A DNA stretch of 64,000 nucleotides. It comes from a virus. Positions 39,850 through 49,739 of the stretch are shown here, piece after piece. Position numbers and translations under genes: made by a program. The notes beneath the pieces are model-generated. The model saw only the letters and a program-made list of their open reading frames with translations, did no database searches and was not told where the DNA came from. The stretch covers positions 13,441 to 77,440 of IMG/VR virus record IMGVR_UViG_3300028920_000064; one strand, 5' to 3'. Position 1 is the stretch's first letter; each line of letters opens with the position of its first letter.

Positions 39850-41145
39850 TTATTCATCTGGAATCATTAAAATCGTTGCAGTAAACCCACTGCTTGTTAC
39901 TGTACCCGATATAGGAGTGCTCCTATAATAAGGCGAAGAACTACCTTTTCGCACTACACCCACAATAGGCTGATTGCTCGAATAATCGATATTTTCAGTG
40001 ACTATTCCGGAAGCATTAGTGAGTTCGTTAATGATTTCAGTACCAGCTGGCAAATCACCTCCGGAACCCGCTTCAATATATACTCTTGCATTTTCAATTA
40101 CCGCACCGCTATTTATGTCCTTTACAGTGATTGTGATAGCAACAGATTCAACCACAGTAATCGTTCCCCAAGGAGCAGAACATTTTGAGGCTATTGCATT
40201 GGCTCCATTTGTGTTTGTAAGAGTTAATGTTCCGGTGCCAAGATATTTTACTTGAATTGAGGCAAGCTCATTAAATGTAATATTATCAAGGCTTAATGTA
40301 ACATCTCCATCTCCCGTAACCGCTTGTATTTCTATGCAACAAGCAGCGTTCCCTCTTTCAGTATCAGCATACGCATCTAAAGCTGTTTGCATAGCTGACT
40401 GAGTTCCGGAAGAAATAACAACATCTCCCAATGCTCCTTTTTCAAAAAGCTCTACACGAATATCCTCATCAGACAGGTCTGCTACCGCTCCATCCCATGT
40501 ACACCATTCGTTATACAATCCATTAACAGGGCCATTCAATATTACAGCAACCTCACCCACACCTACTGTTCCTGCCGGATCAGCAAATTCAGCAACACCC
40601 CTTGAATTAAGGTCTGCCGTATCTGGTTGCCTATCCACCGGAGAGGCATCAAGCATCTCTATTCCATCAACAAAGAACTTTGCCTCGTTAGCATACCCAT
40701 TACCAAGGAATATCCCACATAAATGATATACTCTATCTGGCACTAAGTAGGGGCCAAATATCTGAATATCAAAATTTGTAGGCTCAACAACCTCAAACAT
40801 AACATTGTTACCTATTGCAAGCACAAAATGGAAGGCCGTTGATTGATTGCCTTCCCCATATACTCGTTTAGGAGGCCCCTGTTCAGTATCCACCATAAAC
40901 CAACCAGCTACAGCCTTACGGCTTTGTGCAGAGTTATTTATATCCGTGGTTGTGGGAATAGAAACCCTATCGCCTGTTGTATTTGATCTACCAGCATTTG
41001 TAACATCCTTACATAACGGAGTGGCAGGATAATCCCAACCCGTACCAGTACCATCGGCAGAGCCTACTTGATCAGTGATGTCACTGTCAAAAGACCACCG
41101 ATGATCCGGGCTGAGGTTAGAATCTATGTCACTTCCGTATGCCAT
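39850..41145 (-). CDS. LamG/ConA-like domain virion accessory protein
   Basis: PDHRWSFDSD...VAGWF...VYHLCGIF...KFFVDG. Ends MIPDE. Confidence 0.7.
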   Translation of the reverse strand: MAYGSDIDSNLSPDHRWSFDSDITDQVGSADGTGTGWDYPATPLCKDVTNAGRSNTTGDRVSIPTTTDINNSAQSRKAVAGWFMVDTEQGPPKRVYGEGNQSTAFHFVLAIGNNVMFEVVEPTNFDIQIFGPYLVPDRVYHLCGIFLGNGYANEAKFFVDGIEMLDASPVDRQPDTADLNSRGVAEFADPAGTVGVGEVAVILNGPVNGLYNEWCTWDGAVADLSDEDIRVELFEKGALGDVVISSGTQSAMQTALDAYADTERGNAACCIEIQAVTGDGDVTLSLDNITFNELASIQVKYLGTGTLTLTNTNGANAIASKCSAPWGTITVVESVAITITVKDINSGAVIENARVYIEAGSGGDLPAGTEIINELTNASGIVTENIDYSSNQPIVGVVRKGSSSPYYRSTPISGTVTSSGFTATILMIPDE

Positions 41146-42851
41146 TACGCATCAGATTGTCCCGCTCCGCTTACACTGAAACCAGCAGCACCCCAGCTCT
41201 GGGTAGTTTCAACTTGCTTCTTTGGTGTTCCGCCACCATCTCTTACTCGAATAAACATGGATACTGGTGCGGTATAGATACCGGAAAATTGCTCCGTTGC
41301 CCCTGTCGCGAGCTTGTCAATGTAAGAAACAAACACATTGTTTCCGGAAGTTGCATTGTCGGAACTGAAATTTTCGGAACCGGTAAAAGTGAATGTCGAA
41401 CCCGTCCATGAGGAATAAGCAACCCTGCGATATACCCCACTGTCCGTTTGAATCCGGATTGTTCCAGTTTGAGGAACGTGGCTGGGAATAGCAACCGTCA
41501 CTACGGCTTGTGTTTCAGATGCCCCGCTCAACGTGGTATTCAAAGTTCTCCAATCGAAATCGATGTCACCTGAATCATTGTCCGTAACCAGCACGTAATC
41601 TTCACCGCTTTCCAATCCTGTAACCGCACCGGTCTGGAAGTTGGGAGGTGAATAAGGATTACCGTCCAACGCTGTAACACTATCGCTGGAAGCAAGATCG
41701 CTTTTTTCAATACCGAAACCGTAGGCACCGATGATAGCTGATCCGGTGGACTGACCACAGGCCACAAAGGAAACCGAACGGGATGTAACAGTCACATTTA
41801 CATCACAAGTTGCTCCAGATGAACCACCTGTAATTTCCTGTCCGTCAGTTGGAGCTACCCCGGTGAGAAGTTGGATATACATCTTTGTCGGAGCAGTAGT
41901 GGAATTGATGGCAAGCATCTGTCCAGTTCCACCTGACCACGATACAGCTTCATAGGCATCGAATGTTCCCGAAGGGTTATCCACGGTAATATCGTGAGTA
42001 ATACCCCTGAATAACTCCCCATTGAGGCCGTACAGCGTTTCGGATGTACCCCTTCGTTGGTTCCATTTAATCCACTCGTAGAAATCATTCACAATCGGTG
42101 ATGCAGGGGAGCTTCCGTTTCCGAAACTCCATTCAGAGTAGTAATACTCATCCACCGTGTCGTTATTTACGTCAATAGCGGCATATCCTTCCGTATCGTT
42201 CGCGAATTGATCGTATGCCGCAACCGTGGCAAGTAGAGTTGTGTTATTCAGGTCATCTTGATAAGTCAGGGCGATGGTGTTGTTACCCCGCCCTGTCGGA
42301 GCAACCGGGAATTCCCAATAGGACTTTCCCCATTCGCGGGTCTGACCCAAAAGCCTCCGGCCATCGATGTCCGCTCCACTTGTTCGCACCTTGAGCATAA
42401 AACGGTGAGAGATACCCGATCCTGCGTCCGCATTCAAACCAGTAGTCCAGAAATTGGTGACCAGCGCACCGTTCTGCACGATCTGCAAATATGTACCCGC
42501 TGCCGAATAACATACAAACCCGTCGTAGATTTCATCGCCACCTTCTTGGATGATTGAGCCGTCATACAGGTGTTCGCTGGCCGTTTGATCGATGTTATAC
42601 GTCACACCACCACTGCCGGAATGATCTACCAGCGTAATGATGTTATCAGTCGATCTTTCAGACGGGTTCTTCGTGGTGATGTCAATCTGATCATCCCCAG
42701 CATAACTCGCATCATCCGCAAAGGCCTGCAAGCCCCTGTGAAATTCAATAGTGGTTGCGTACGAAGGACTTCCCCCTCCGTGCGCATCCCCCACGTACCG
42801 GATATTACCGGAGGCTGCCGTGGTTTCCCAATCTGCTGCTACAAAAGCCAT
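41145..42851 (-). CDS. Hypothetical virion accessory protein
   Basis: 568 aa, G/T/S-rich and acidic. First gene of the accessory cassette. Confidence 0.65.
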   Translation of the reverse strand: MAFVAADWETTAASGNIRYVGDAHGGGSPSYATTIEFHRGLQAFADDASYAGDDQIDITTKNPSERSTDNIITLVDHSGSGGVTYNIDQTASEHLYDGSIIQEGGDEIYDGFVCYSAAGTYLQIVQNGALVTNFWTTGLNADAGSGISHRFMLKVRTSGADIDGRRLLGQTREWGKSYWEFPVAPTGRGNNTIALTYQDDLNNTTLLATVAAYDQFANDTEGYAAIDVNNDTVDEYYYSEWSFGNGSSPASPIVNDFYEWIKWNQRRGTSETLYGLNGELFRGITHDITVDNPSGTFDAYEAVSWSGGTGQMLAINSTTAPTKMYIQLLTGVAPTDGQEITGGSSGATCDVNVTVTSRSVSFVACGQSTGSAIIGAYGFGIEKSDLASSDSVTALDGNPYSPPNFQTGAVTGLESGEDYVLVTDNDSGDIDFDWRTLNTTLSGASETQAVVTVAIPSHVPQTGTIRIQTDSGVYRRVAYSSWTGSTFTFTGSENFSSDNATSGNNVFVSYIDKLATGATEQFSGIYTAPVSMFIRVRDGGGTPKKQVETTQSWGAAGFSVSGAGQSDA

Positions 42852-42871
42852 AATTTATCAATTTTTGCGGT

Positions 42872-43228
42872 TTATATATAATTCAAATATTCCTCTTTTT
42901 TTATGTCGTAATGAATGACACCCAACACAAGAGAACGACGCAACATTGTTCCGTCTTTTTTGCTCAAGGTGAATTTCCTCCACGTGATATGCAAGGGCTC
43001 ACACGTAATCACGAACCTCGACGCCTCGCCCCGGTGGTAAGTAATGACGATATCCTGTCCCTTCTCCTCCTCGCTAATCTTCTTCCAGCCCTTTTTTAGC
43101 AAAGCAGGTTCCATTTCATAGAGCTCAGAAATCACAGATGGTCGGGCCTTTATGATTTGCCTTTTGGGTGCAAGAGGCTTAGGCGGGGGGACTCGCTTCT
43201 TAACTGGTTTCGACTTTTTCTTTTCCAT
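42872..43228 (-). CDS. Hypothetical protein with K/P-rich N-terminus
   Basis: 118-aa ORF within the operon. Confidence 0.6.
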   Translation of the reverse strand: MEKKKSKPVKKRVPPPKPLAPKRQIIKARPSVISELYEMEPALLKKGWKKISEEEKGQDIVITYHRGEASRFVITCEPLHITWRKFTLSKKDGTMLRRSLVLGVIHYDIKKEEYLNYI

Positions 43229-43233
43229 GATTT

Positions 43234-43668
43234 TTAGTCTAAGTTTATTGCTAATGCGTTGGGCCCAAATTGGGGCTGCACCTCTATGGACACAAGTAGG
43301 GGTCCTGGTAATTCTCCATGGAACACCATGTCATCCCCTGTTGGCGTTTTGCAAATTCCGAAATGAGTGTCTGTCTCGGAGCCTCCGGTGCATTCTGGAA
43401 AGTTTATGTTTGCAAAATTTAGTGCTTTGCCGTTGGCCTCTGACCATCCTGCTGCTCCCCGGGGAACGGCTGCTCGGGCGTACCCGCCCCATGCCGCCTC
43501 GTTGGTGATATCGCCATCTTCCCCAGGATCCTGAGTAAGGAGGCATATATAGACATTCCCATCTGCCGCCGATGGTTGTACCCCTGCTGCATCCCCCAGG
43601 TCTGCAATGGCCTCGTTGAGGAGGATCAGTCTTAGCACCTCTGATTCAAAACTGTTTGTTGCTCCCAT
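43234..43668 (-). CDS. Small tail-fibre-associated structural protein
   Basis: VYICLLTQDPGE...EAAWGGYARAAVPR...THFGI. Start re-called at MGATNSFE (43668), downstream of the hairpin. Confidence 0.7.
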   Translation of the reverse strand: MGATNSFESEVLRLILLNEAIADLGDAAGVQPSAADGNVYICLLTQDPGEDGDITNEAAWGGYARAAVPRGAAGWSEANGKALNFANINFPECTGGSETDTHFGICKTPTGDDMVFHGELPGPLLVSIEVQPQFGPNALAINLD

Positions 43669-43689
43669 TTCTTCGTTTTTATGTAAATA

Positions 43690-43720
43690 TGCCGTACCCC
43701 TGTACATCAAGGATACGGCA
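43690..43720 (-). terminator. 13-bp stem-loop, weak terminator or processing site
   Basis: TGCCGTATCCTTG-ATGTA-CAGGGGTACGGCA followed by TATTT. Confidence 0.55.
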
Positions 43721-43749
43721 CAAATAACATCCTATATCCTGTCAAGCAA

Positions 43750-44676
43750 CTAATCCGCCGGCTCAAGTTCCTCGTCCAGCTCCTCTGCCCCCTCTGCCAT
43801 CACAACCTTATTGCCTTTTAAGGCTGTTACAAGCATTTGGGCAAATGAACGATTCCCAAGATAGTAATCGTATAGCGCTTCACTGGGATCCGCACCCGGA
43901 CCAATCTGACAGATAGGCTCATTCTTCTTGCCATTGGCTGTCACCCATGCCCACGTTTTCTTTGCGACCATGTAAGTGATCAGCTTGCGATCCACTGCAT
44001 TCTGCAGGTTGGCCCTTACCTCAAGGGTCTGTTCAGCATCGACAAGTTCAAGGAATTTTTCAACTCCGGTGTGCCTGTCGCGGCCAACCTGGTTCTCAAC
44101 GGCCAGCTTCACCTGTGCGAAGGATAACTCTTCAACATCGTTGATAAAGTATGCTTTCGCCACCTGGCGTAGCTTTTTCTCTCCCAGGCCCATCTTTGAC
44201 GAATAGATCAAAGCCTTGACAGTGGCCATCTCTTCTTCCTTCAATGCTTTTTTCTCAGCTGTACCTCTCAGATCCTCAATCACACATTTGGGGACCTTTT
44301 TGTTCCAGTTCTCCCCTCCTTCCAGGAAGGGGCAGCATTTAAGTAGCCAGTAGATCAACTCAATGTCAGATTTTTCCAGGATCATTGATCCTCTGAGGAT
44401 AAGGTTGTGTGGTTGCCATATAACACGGCCATTTGTGCCAATAATTTTATTCTCAGCATACCTCCAGCTCTCTGTGCCAGAATCCGTCTTTACGGTAGCA
44501 ACGAGAGGGAATGAAATAGAGTTTGGTTTGTCCGGTAACCGGTTGTGCTTGCTCCTGCTGGGGCGCACCCTTGTTTCCGGATAGATTAGCCGAATTGGGA
44601 ATTTGGGATATTTCTTCTTTACCCAATTGGAGTCTGCCGCAGTCATCTTGTAAACTTCATCGTTCTTGTATAACAT
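43750..44676 (-). CDS. Conserved crAss-like protein adjacent to MCP (putative structural)
   Basis: 308 aa directly downstream of the MCP. Layout resembles the MCP-flanking gene of crAss-like phages. Confidence 0.55.
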   Translation of the reverse strand: MLYKNDEVYKMTAADSNWVKKKYPKFPIRLIYPETRVRPSRSKHNRLPDKPNSISFPLVATVKTDSGTESWRYAENKIIGTNGRVIWQPHNLILRGSMILEKSDIELIYWLLKCCPFLEGGENWNKKVPKCVIEDLRGTAEKKALKEEEMATVKALIYSSKMGLGEKKLRQVAKAYFINDVEELSFAQVKLAVENQVGRDRHTGVEKFLELVDAEQTLEVRANLQNAVDRKLITYMVAKKTWAWVTANGKKNEPICQIGPGADPSEALYDYYLGNRSFAQMLVTALKGNKVVMAEGAEELDEELEPAD

Positions 44677-44702
44677 AGCTTGTGTTTGATTAATTAGTGA
44701 TT

Positions 44703-44733
44703 AAAAAGGAAGGCCCCGAAGGACCTCCCCTTT
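44703..44733 (-). terminator. Intrinsic terminator after MCP
   Basis: GGGAGGTCC-TTCG-GGGCCTTCC-TTTTT, with a cUUCGg tetraloop. Confidence 0.85.
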
Positions 44734-44751
44734 ATTTGGTTATTGATCGGC

Positions 44752-46134
44752 CTATGCGGGCTCCATCAGGACCATCTGATTTCCTCCACGGAAATGCGCT
44801 CCCACATGGCACCTTTGATAGGTTTCCCTCTTGTCAAACTCAGTGACCTTCAGGCCCTCTCCGGCTCCACCAACCTGCCAGACTTCCATTCTCCGGTTGT
44901 ATTTGCCTAAGCCACGGTACCTTGTACCAATGGACTCAACCATGTTCCCGGAAACGGGGTCTTTCTTCTTGTTGATGGGCAGGAACATACCAAGTTTGGG
45001 ACCGATGTTCTCATACCCGGTGGCTCCGTAGAGCTTGGGGTTGTTGAGTACACCCATCCTTTTGAACAGGTAGGTTCTCTCAGACTTGGTGAGGTACTTG
45101 AAGTTCACCGATGCTCCCAGGGACTCATTGGCGTTGAACAGCACCTCGTTGGTAGTCTGCCTTGCATAGACGATGTTGGTGTCTGCAAAGTAGCTTACCA
45201 GGCTGTTCTCAATGTCCTGGTGCAGGGTGATCCCAAGCAAACCAAGGATATAATTGCCTGCTCCCTCACGGTCAAGGGTGTTGTCCATCTCGTCAAATTC
45301 CAGCACATCGAATGCACCGGAGGTGTACGACTGCTCGTTTCCTACCCTACGGATATAGGGCACCATTCCCTCGGTGGTCTTGATGGGCCGACCAGTTTCG
45401 GGATCAACGAGCAGGGTGTTGACGGTTCTCTTACCAAACAACAGCGCACCATCGATGCGGAGTGCGGTTCGGTAATCGATGTCCACTTGACCCAGGTGGT
45501 AGTAGGCATTGGTTTTGGCTCCCATGGTATTTACCTGGAACCAGGTCTGATTGACCATTTCTGAACCAGTTACACCGATAGTCTCTTTGATGATCTGAGC
45601 ATCGTTCTCATACTCCCAAGTTCCCCTGACAGCAGGATCGGGCTGGCCGGATCCTTCAGAGAAAGCGTTGGAGGTAATGATCAACTCATCACCGGCAGCC
45701 AGGGCCGGGAATTGCTCGGTATCATCATTAAGCCTACAGGTAATTTCTGGTGCAGTGGGTGTGGTCACATCAATGTCGATCACCGATCCCGTCACTTCAT
45801 TGGGGAATAGGATAATATCCCATAGCCGTACATAGAAGTTATTATTGGCATCCAGTGAGTTTGCATCAAGCACGAACACGATGTCGGCACCAATGGCCGG
45901 CTGTGCTACAATCGCGTCTACAATGCAGACTTCGTGGATTCGGTTCTCTTCATAATGTGAGTAGGTATCAAGACTTACCTCCTTCTCAAATCCCATGGAC
46001 CTGAGCAGCTGGAAGTAAGATGCCCCCTGATCTCCGTAACGGGAGAACAAAGTATTCAGCTTCTCGGGCTTGTGAATGTCAAACCCGGAGATGATGTCTG
46101 AGGCGTATATTTGCGCAATAGCATCTGGATTCAT
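44752..46134 (-). CDS. Major capsid protein (crAss-like HK97 fold)
   Basis: 460 aa with LFSRYGDQ, AFSEGSGQP, YENDAQIIKE and TEGMVPYI. Between scaffold and terminator. Confidence 0.85.
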   Translation of the reverse strand: MNPDAIAQIYASDIISGFDIHKPEKLNTLFSRYGDQGASYFQLLRSMGFEKEVSLDTYSHYEENRIHEVCIVDAIVAQPAIGADIVFVLDANSLDANNNFYVRLWDIILFPNEVTGSVIDIDVTTPTAPEITCRLNDDTEQFPALAAGDELIITSNAFSEGSGQPDPAVRGTWEYENDAQIIKETIGVTGSEMVNQTWFQVNTMGAKTNAYYHLGQVDIDYRTALRIDGALLFGKRTVNTLLVDPETGRPIKTTEGMVPYIRRVGNEQSYTSGAFDVLEFDEMDNTLDREGAGNYILGLLGITLHQDIENSLVSYFADTNIVYARQTTNEVLFNANESLGASVNFKYLTKSERTYLFKRMGVLNNPKLYGATGYENIGPKLGMFLPINKKKDPVSGNMVESIGTRYRGLGKYNRRMEVWQVGGAGEGLKVTEFDKRETYQRCHVGAHFRGGNQMVLMEPA

Positions 46135-46184
46135 AATTTCTGTCTTTTTTGATTAAACATAATACACACCTCTTACTTGATCAA

Positions 46185-47399
46185 TTACTGGTCATAAGCC
46201 CCCATTTCTGCATTGAATATCTCGTCCTGCTGCTTCTCAAGATCCGTTTGTGGCGGAGTTGGAGGTGCAGGAGGCGCGTCGTTATTCCTGGCCGGTGATG
46301 GATTTTCATAGAGAGCGTGGACCTGTTCCTCTGTCAGACTTCTCGCCTTCTCAAATACGGAATGGACGATTTCTGGAATCTTGTTTACCATCAATGTGTT
46401 ATACACCATGGTAGAGATTGTCTGTACATTTGTTTCGTTCAGTTCCATCTGGTTCTGAACGGCATAATTCTGGACAAACTCCTGGATCTCTTTTTGCTCG
46501 GATTCTGAAATTTCATAGTCCAAAAGAGGCTCCTTTCCATTTTTGATAGGTACTTTCAGTTTCGACAGTGCAGTGCTGACGTTCTTGCCCACGTTACTCC
46601 AACCGGTCTGCAAGGTTGCTTTTTCCTCCGGAGTTAACTCCTTCGGCTTCTCCGGCTCTAGGCTTTGCTCAGGCACCTTCAGTTTGGCCTTGATCTCTTG
46701 TAGAGCCTTTTTTGCGGATGTTCCATCTGCATCCAATCCCAATTTGTTGACTTCAAGTTCAGCCTCGTCAACTTGTTCCGGATCCACATTGTACTTTTTC
46801 TCAAAGTATTTTCTGATCTGTGGCTCCTTCCCTGACTGTTCGGGGTGATCTAGCACGTATTTGGTTATCAATGCTTCCATGGAGTCCATGGTCGCTACAT
46901 CCGCGCTGTTGATCTTGTGAAATACCCCGTAGTCCCTGGTCCCGGTTTCCTTGACAAACTCATTGAACAAAGCCACTTCGTCGTTTGCGAAGTTTGTTTT
47001 GGGCTTCAAATTGAGTTTTTCTTCCAGTTCAGCCTTGGCCTGTCTCAGGCTTTCGACCTCATCTAATATACCGGGTATATTCGCGGTTTTGACCTCATCA
47101 ACACTCTTAAAGCGATCACCGAAAATCTCTTTCAGTAAAACGTCCGGTGCTGGTGGATCAGGCTCCGCAGGTGGTGTGGCCGGGGGTGTGCCCCCTGCCG
47201 GTTCCGGAGTGTCTGGCGGTGTTCCCCCTGATGGAGGATCAGTCGGCGGAGGATCTCCTTGTGGGGGATCTCCCGCTGGTGGATCTTCCTGGGGGGCACC
47301 TGCCTGCTTTAAAAGCTCTTCCGGATTCATACCCTCAACATCCTGCAATGCAGCAAATTCAGGGTTGTTTTTGATTTCTTCAAATGATTGTTTCGCCAT
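46185..47399 (-). CDS. Putative capsid scaffold protein
   Basis: Acidic, Pro-rich N-terminus and helical body, between portal and MCP. Confidence 0.65.
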   Translation of the reverse strand: MAKQSFEEIKNNPEFAALQDVEGMNPEELLKQAGAPQEDPPAGDPPQGDPPPTDPPSGGTPPDTPEPAGGTPPATPPAEPDPPAPDVLLKEIFGDRFKSVDEVKTANIPGILDEVESLRQAKAELEEKLNLKPKTNFANDEVALFNEFVKETGTRDYGVFHKINSADVATMDSMEALITKYVLDHPEQSGKEPQIRKYFEKKYNVDPEQVDEAELEVNKLGLDADGTSAKKALQEIKAKLKVPEQSLEPEKPKELTPEEKATLQTGWSNVGKNVSTALSKLKVPIKNGKEPLLDYEISESEQKEIQEFVQNYAVQNQMELNETNVQTISTMVYNTLMVNKIPEIVHSVFEKARSLTEEQVHALYENPSPARNNDAPPAPPTPPQTDLEKQQDEIFNAEMGAYDQ

Positions 47400-47401
47400 G
47401 A

Positions 47402-49705
47402 TTACGCCGATTTTTGTGGTTGTTGTTCTGCTATTTTACTATCCAATGTTTTTTCCAATGTGATCTCCTCCATTTTGAAGCCATGCTTCTCCTTCTCATT
47501 TCTGAGTTCAAGATCAGCCTTATGCGATTCCTCGGATTTTTTCAACTCACTTTCAAATTCTTTTTCTTTCCTGGCCAGTTCAGATTTGATCTGTGCTGAC
47601 TCCTGCTCCCGCTTGCCATCAAGCTCCATATTCTCCCTCTGTATCTGCAGCTGACGTTCCTTATTCTTCTTGCTTCGGAAGCTCAACATGATCTCGGCCA
47701 GCTTCTCATTGCCGGCCTCCAACAGCCTTTCGATCATCATAAAGTCTTGTTCTTCGATACCCACATACCCATCCTTGTCTGGCTGCATTGCTTTCATGGC
47801 CGATTCCAGGATCAGCTGTTTTCTTTGCTGTGTCGGCTTGGCCTGGATCTGTATCTCCCAATCAGCATCAAGCGTTTCTGCACCAACAGATAGTATTTTG
47901 ACACCGGCCCCTCCCACTACAGGGATGTATCCTTCATAGGCTTTTTTGTCGTGACGGACCAGTACCTGCATACGTATGGCACATGCCCTGGCAACAAGCT
48001 CTTTCAATCGTATGTACCCTGCATAGATTGGCTTCAGAGCATTGTTGGTGGCTGCAATAGCCATCTCTGCACCGCCAACACTTTGGTTGGGATCCGGATT
48101 GCTGGCATCAGCGATCTGGTTAATGCCGGTGAGATCTCGGATGAAATTCAGGTTTAGATCAAATAGTGTGATGAATTCCTGCAGCTGAGGACCGATACCG
48201 CCTGTCAGTTCCTGGATCGGGCGCATACCCCCGGGGATGTTCTGTTTTCCCATGTGGGTTGTCATCTTGTAGATCAGGTCCCCGGTGTCCCTTCGGATCG
48301 AAAGGATCTCCAACGGCTCCATCTTCTCTCCGCCCAGCTTCATATTCATCAGTGAGGTGTATTCCACTGCAACACCTGAGTTGGCAGACATAGCCAGGGC
48401 GTTTTGCATCTTCAGCCAGGTCAGCTGGATCTGGTCAAGGTTGGGCACGGAAAGACTGACGATTGAACGTCCTGGGAGTTTGTAGAATTTAAAAGACAAC
48501 TCAACCTCCTTCTTGCCTGGTCGGGGGACATCGTACTGTAAACCGTAGTCATAGACATACTCTGTGCCCACAATCCACTTGGCCCTGTAAACGACCTTGA
48601 ACTTGCTCTGGATGGTTTTTTTGGTTTCTGTGTCATAGAACTTCCCATCTTTTTCTTCATACATCAGTGTTTCGCCCCGGGAATTGGTTCTCTTGGTAAA
48701 ATTCTTTGAGTTGACGGAGAACCACTCAGCGTCCATGACATCAATCATAAAATTGTCGTACTTCCACCCGCCGCCACTGATCTGCAGATCCTCTTCGGTC
48801 CAGGACGAAAGATTTTGGTTCCCGTTCCTTCCGTTGTAAAACTGAGCCAGGTTGCGAAGTTTTTCCTCAGACAGATCGGTGTTTTTGCGAAGATTGGAAA
48901 TTGTTTCGGAAATCAGCTCTCCTGCATATTCTGAGTTCCTGTGGTCCCAATGGCGGGAGTATTGCATGATCAGCTTGAGGGGATCCACATAGCGGGACTT
49001 AACCTTTCGGGTGTATATGTCCGTAAAATCCCTTACAGATCCACAATTGATGGTGGCAAAATCATCAAGCATCTTTCGCTTGATCTCCTTCCAGTCGGAG
49101 ATATACATCGTGTAGGCCAACCCCTCCTCAATCTCTGTCTCCTTGGCCAGCTTGAAGCCTCCCACTTGCTGATACATCTCAAGCTCGTCCACCGTCTCGG
49201 GGATCCATTCTGGTTCTGGCTTGTAACCGGCCATGGTGTTGACAGCATCAACAATCGGCTTATACCTCCCCTTGAACCATTTGCGTAGCTTGTTCAGTTC
49301 GCGCTCATCGTTGCTTTTGGGGTCAACGGCTGTGGCCACGATAGAGTGTTCCTGTTCCTCAAAGATGCCTCGTATGATGTGAAGAAATTTGGGCATAACT
49401 GAAAAAATCTCCCAGTTAACATTCATGTATCCTGTGAGATCTCCCCCTTCTTCTGATTCGTCCAGAAGAATATCCTGATATTTGCCTACATCCTGGGTGC
49501 CGGCAGCGTATAATCTGAGGTTGTGAAGTTCGTCAATTGTTGAATATGGGACCCCGGCCCTGTCGGTAACATACGCTGCGTACATAGCCTCGCACCACTT
49601 TCTGCACCATTCAGCACCTTTTTCTTCAGTTGGTATCTCGTCTTTGGGAAAAGCGTATGAACCACGCTGATAGGAGCTTATTGTATTTAACACTGCGTTG
49701 GCCAT
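47402..49705 (-). CDS. Portal protein
   Basis: 767 aa with LRLYAAGTQDVGKY, MNVNWEIFSVMPKF and IRDLTGINQIADAS, plus a C-terminal coiled coil. Follows TerL. Confidence 0.88.
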   Translation of the reverse strand: MANAVLNTISSYQRGSYAFPKDEIPTEEKGAEWCRKWCEAMYAAYVTDRAGVPYSTIDELHNLRLYAAGTQDVGKYQDILLDESEEGGDLTGYMNVNWEIFSVMPKFLHIIRGIFEEQEHSIVATAVDPKSNDERELNKLRKWFKGRYKPIVDAVNTMAGYKPEPEWIPETVDELEMYQQVGGFKLAKETEIEEGLAYTMYISDWKEIKRKMLDDFATINCGSVRDFTDIYTRKVKSRYVDPLKLIMQYSRHWDHRNSEYAGELISETISNLRKNTDLSEEKLRNLAQFYNGRNGNQNLSSWTEEDLQISGGGWKYDNFMIDVMDAEWFSVNSKNFTKRTNSRGETLMYEEKDGKFYDTETKKTIQSKFKVVYRAKWIVGTEYVYDYGLQYDVPRPGKKEVELSFKFYKLPGRSIVSLSVPNLDQIQLTWLKMQNALAMSANSGVAVEYTSLMNMKLGGEKMEPLEILSIRRDTGDLIYKMTTHMGKQNIPGGMRPIQELTGGIGPQLQEFITLFDLNLNFIRDLTGINQIADASNPDPNQSVGGAEMAIAATNNALKPIYAGYIRLKELVARACAIRMQVLVRHDKKAYEGYIPVVGGAGVKILSVGAETLDADWEIQIQAKPTQQRKQLILESAMKAMQPDKDGYVGIEEQDFMMIERLLEAGNEKLAEIMLSFRSKKNKERQLQIQRENMELDGKREQESAQIKSELARKEKEFESELKKSEESHKADLELRNEKEKHGFKMEEITLEKTLDSKIAEQQPQKSA

Positions 49706-49722
49706 GGTCTGTTATGTTTTGC

Positions 49723-49730
49723 CTAAGATA
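49723..49730 (-). promoter_or_regulatory. Candidate variant -7 box TATCTTAG upstream of the portal
   Basis: Intergenic, 17 nt before the ATG. Confidence 0.45.
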
Positions 49731-49739
49731 TGAAATAAT

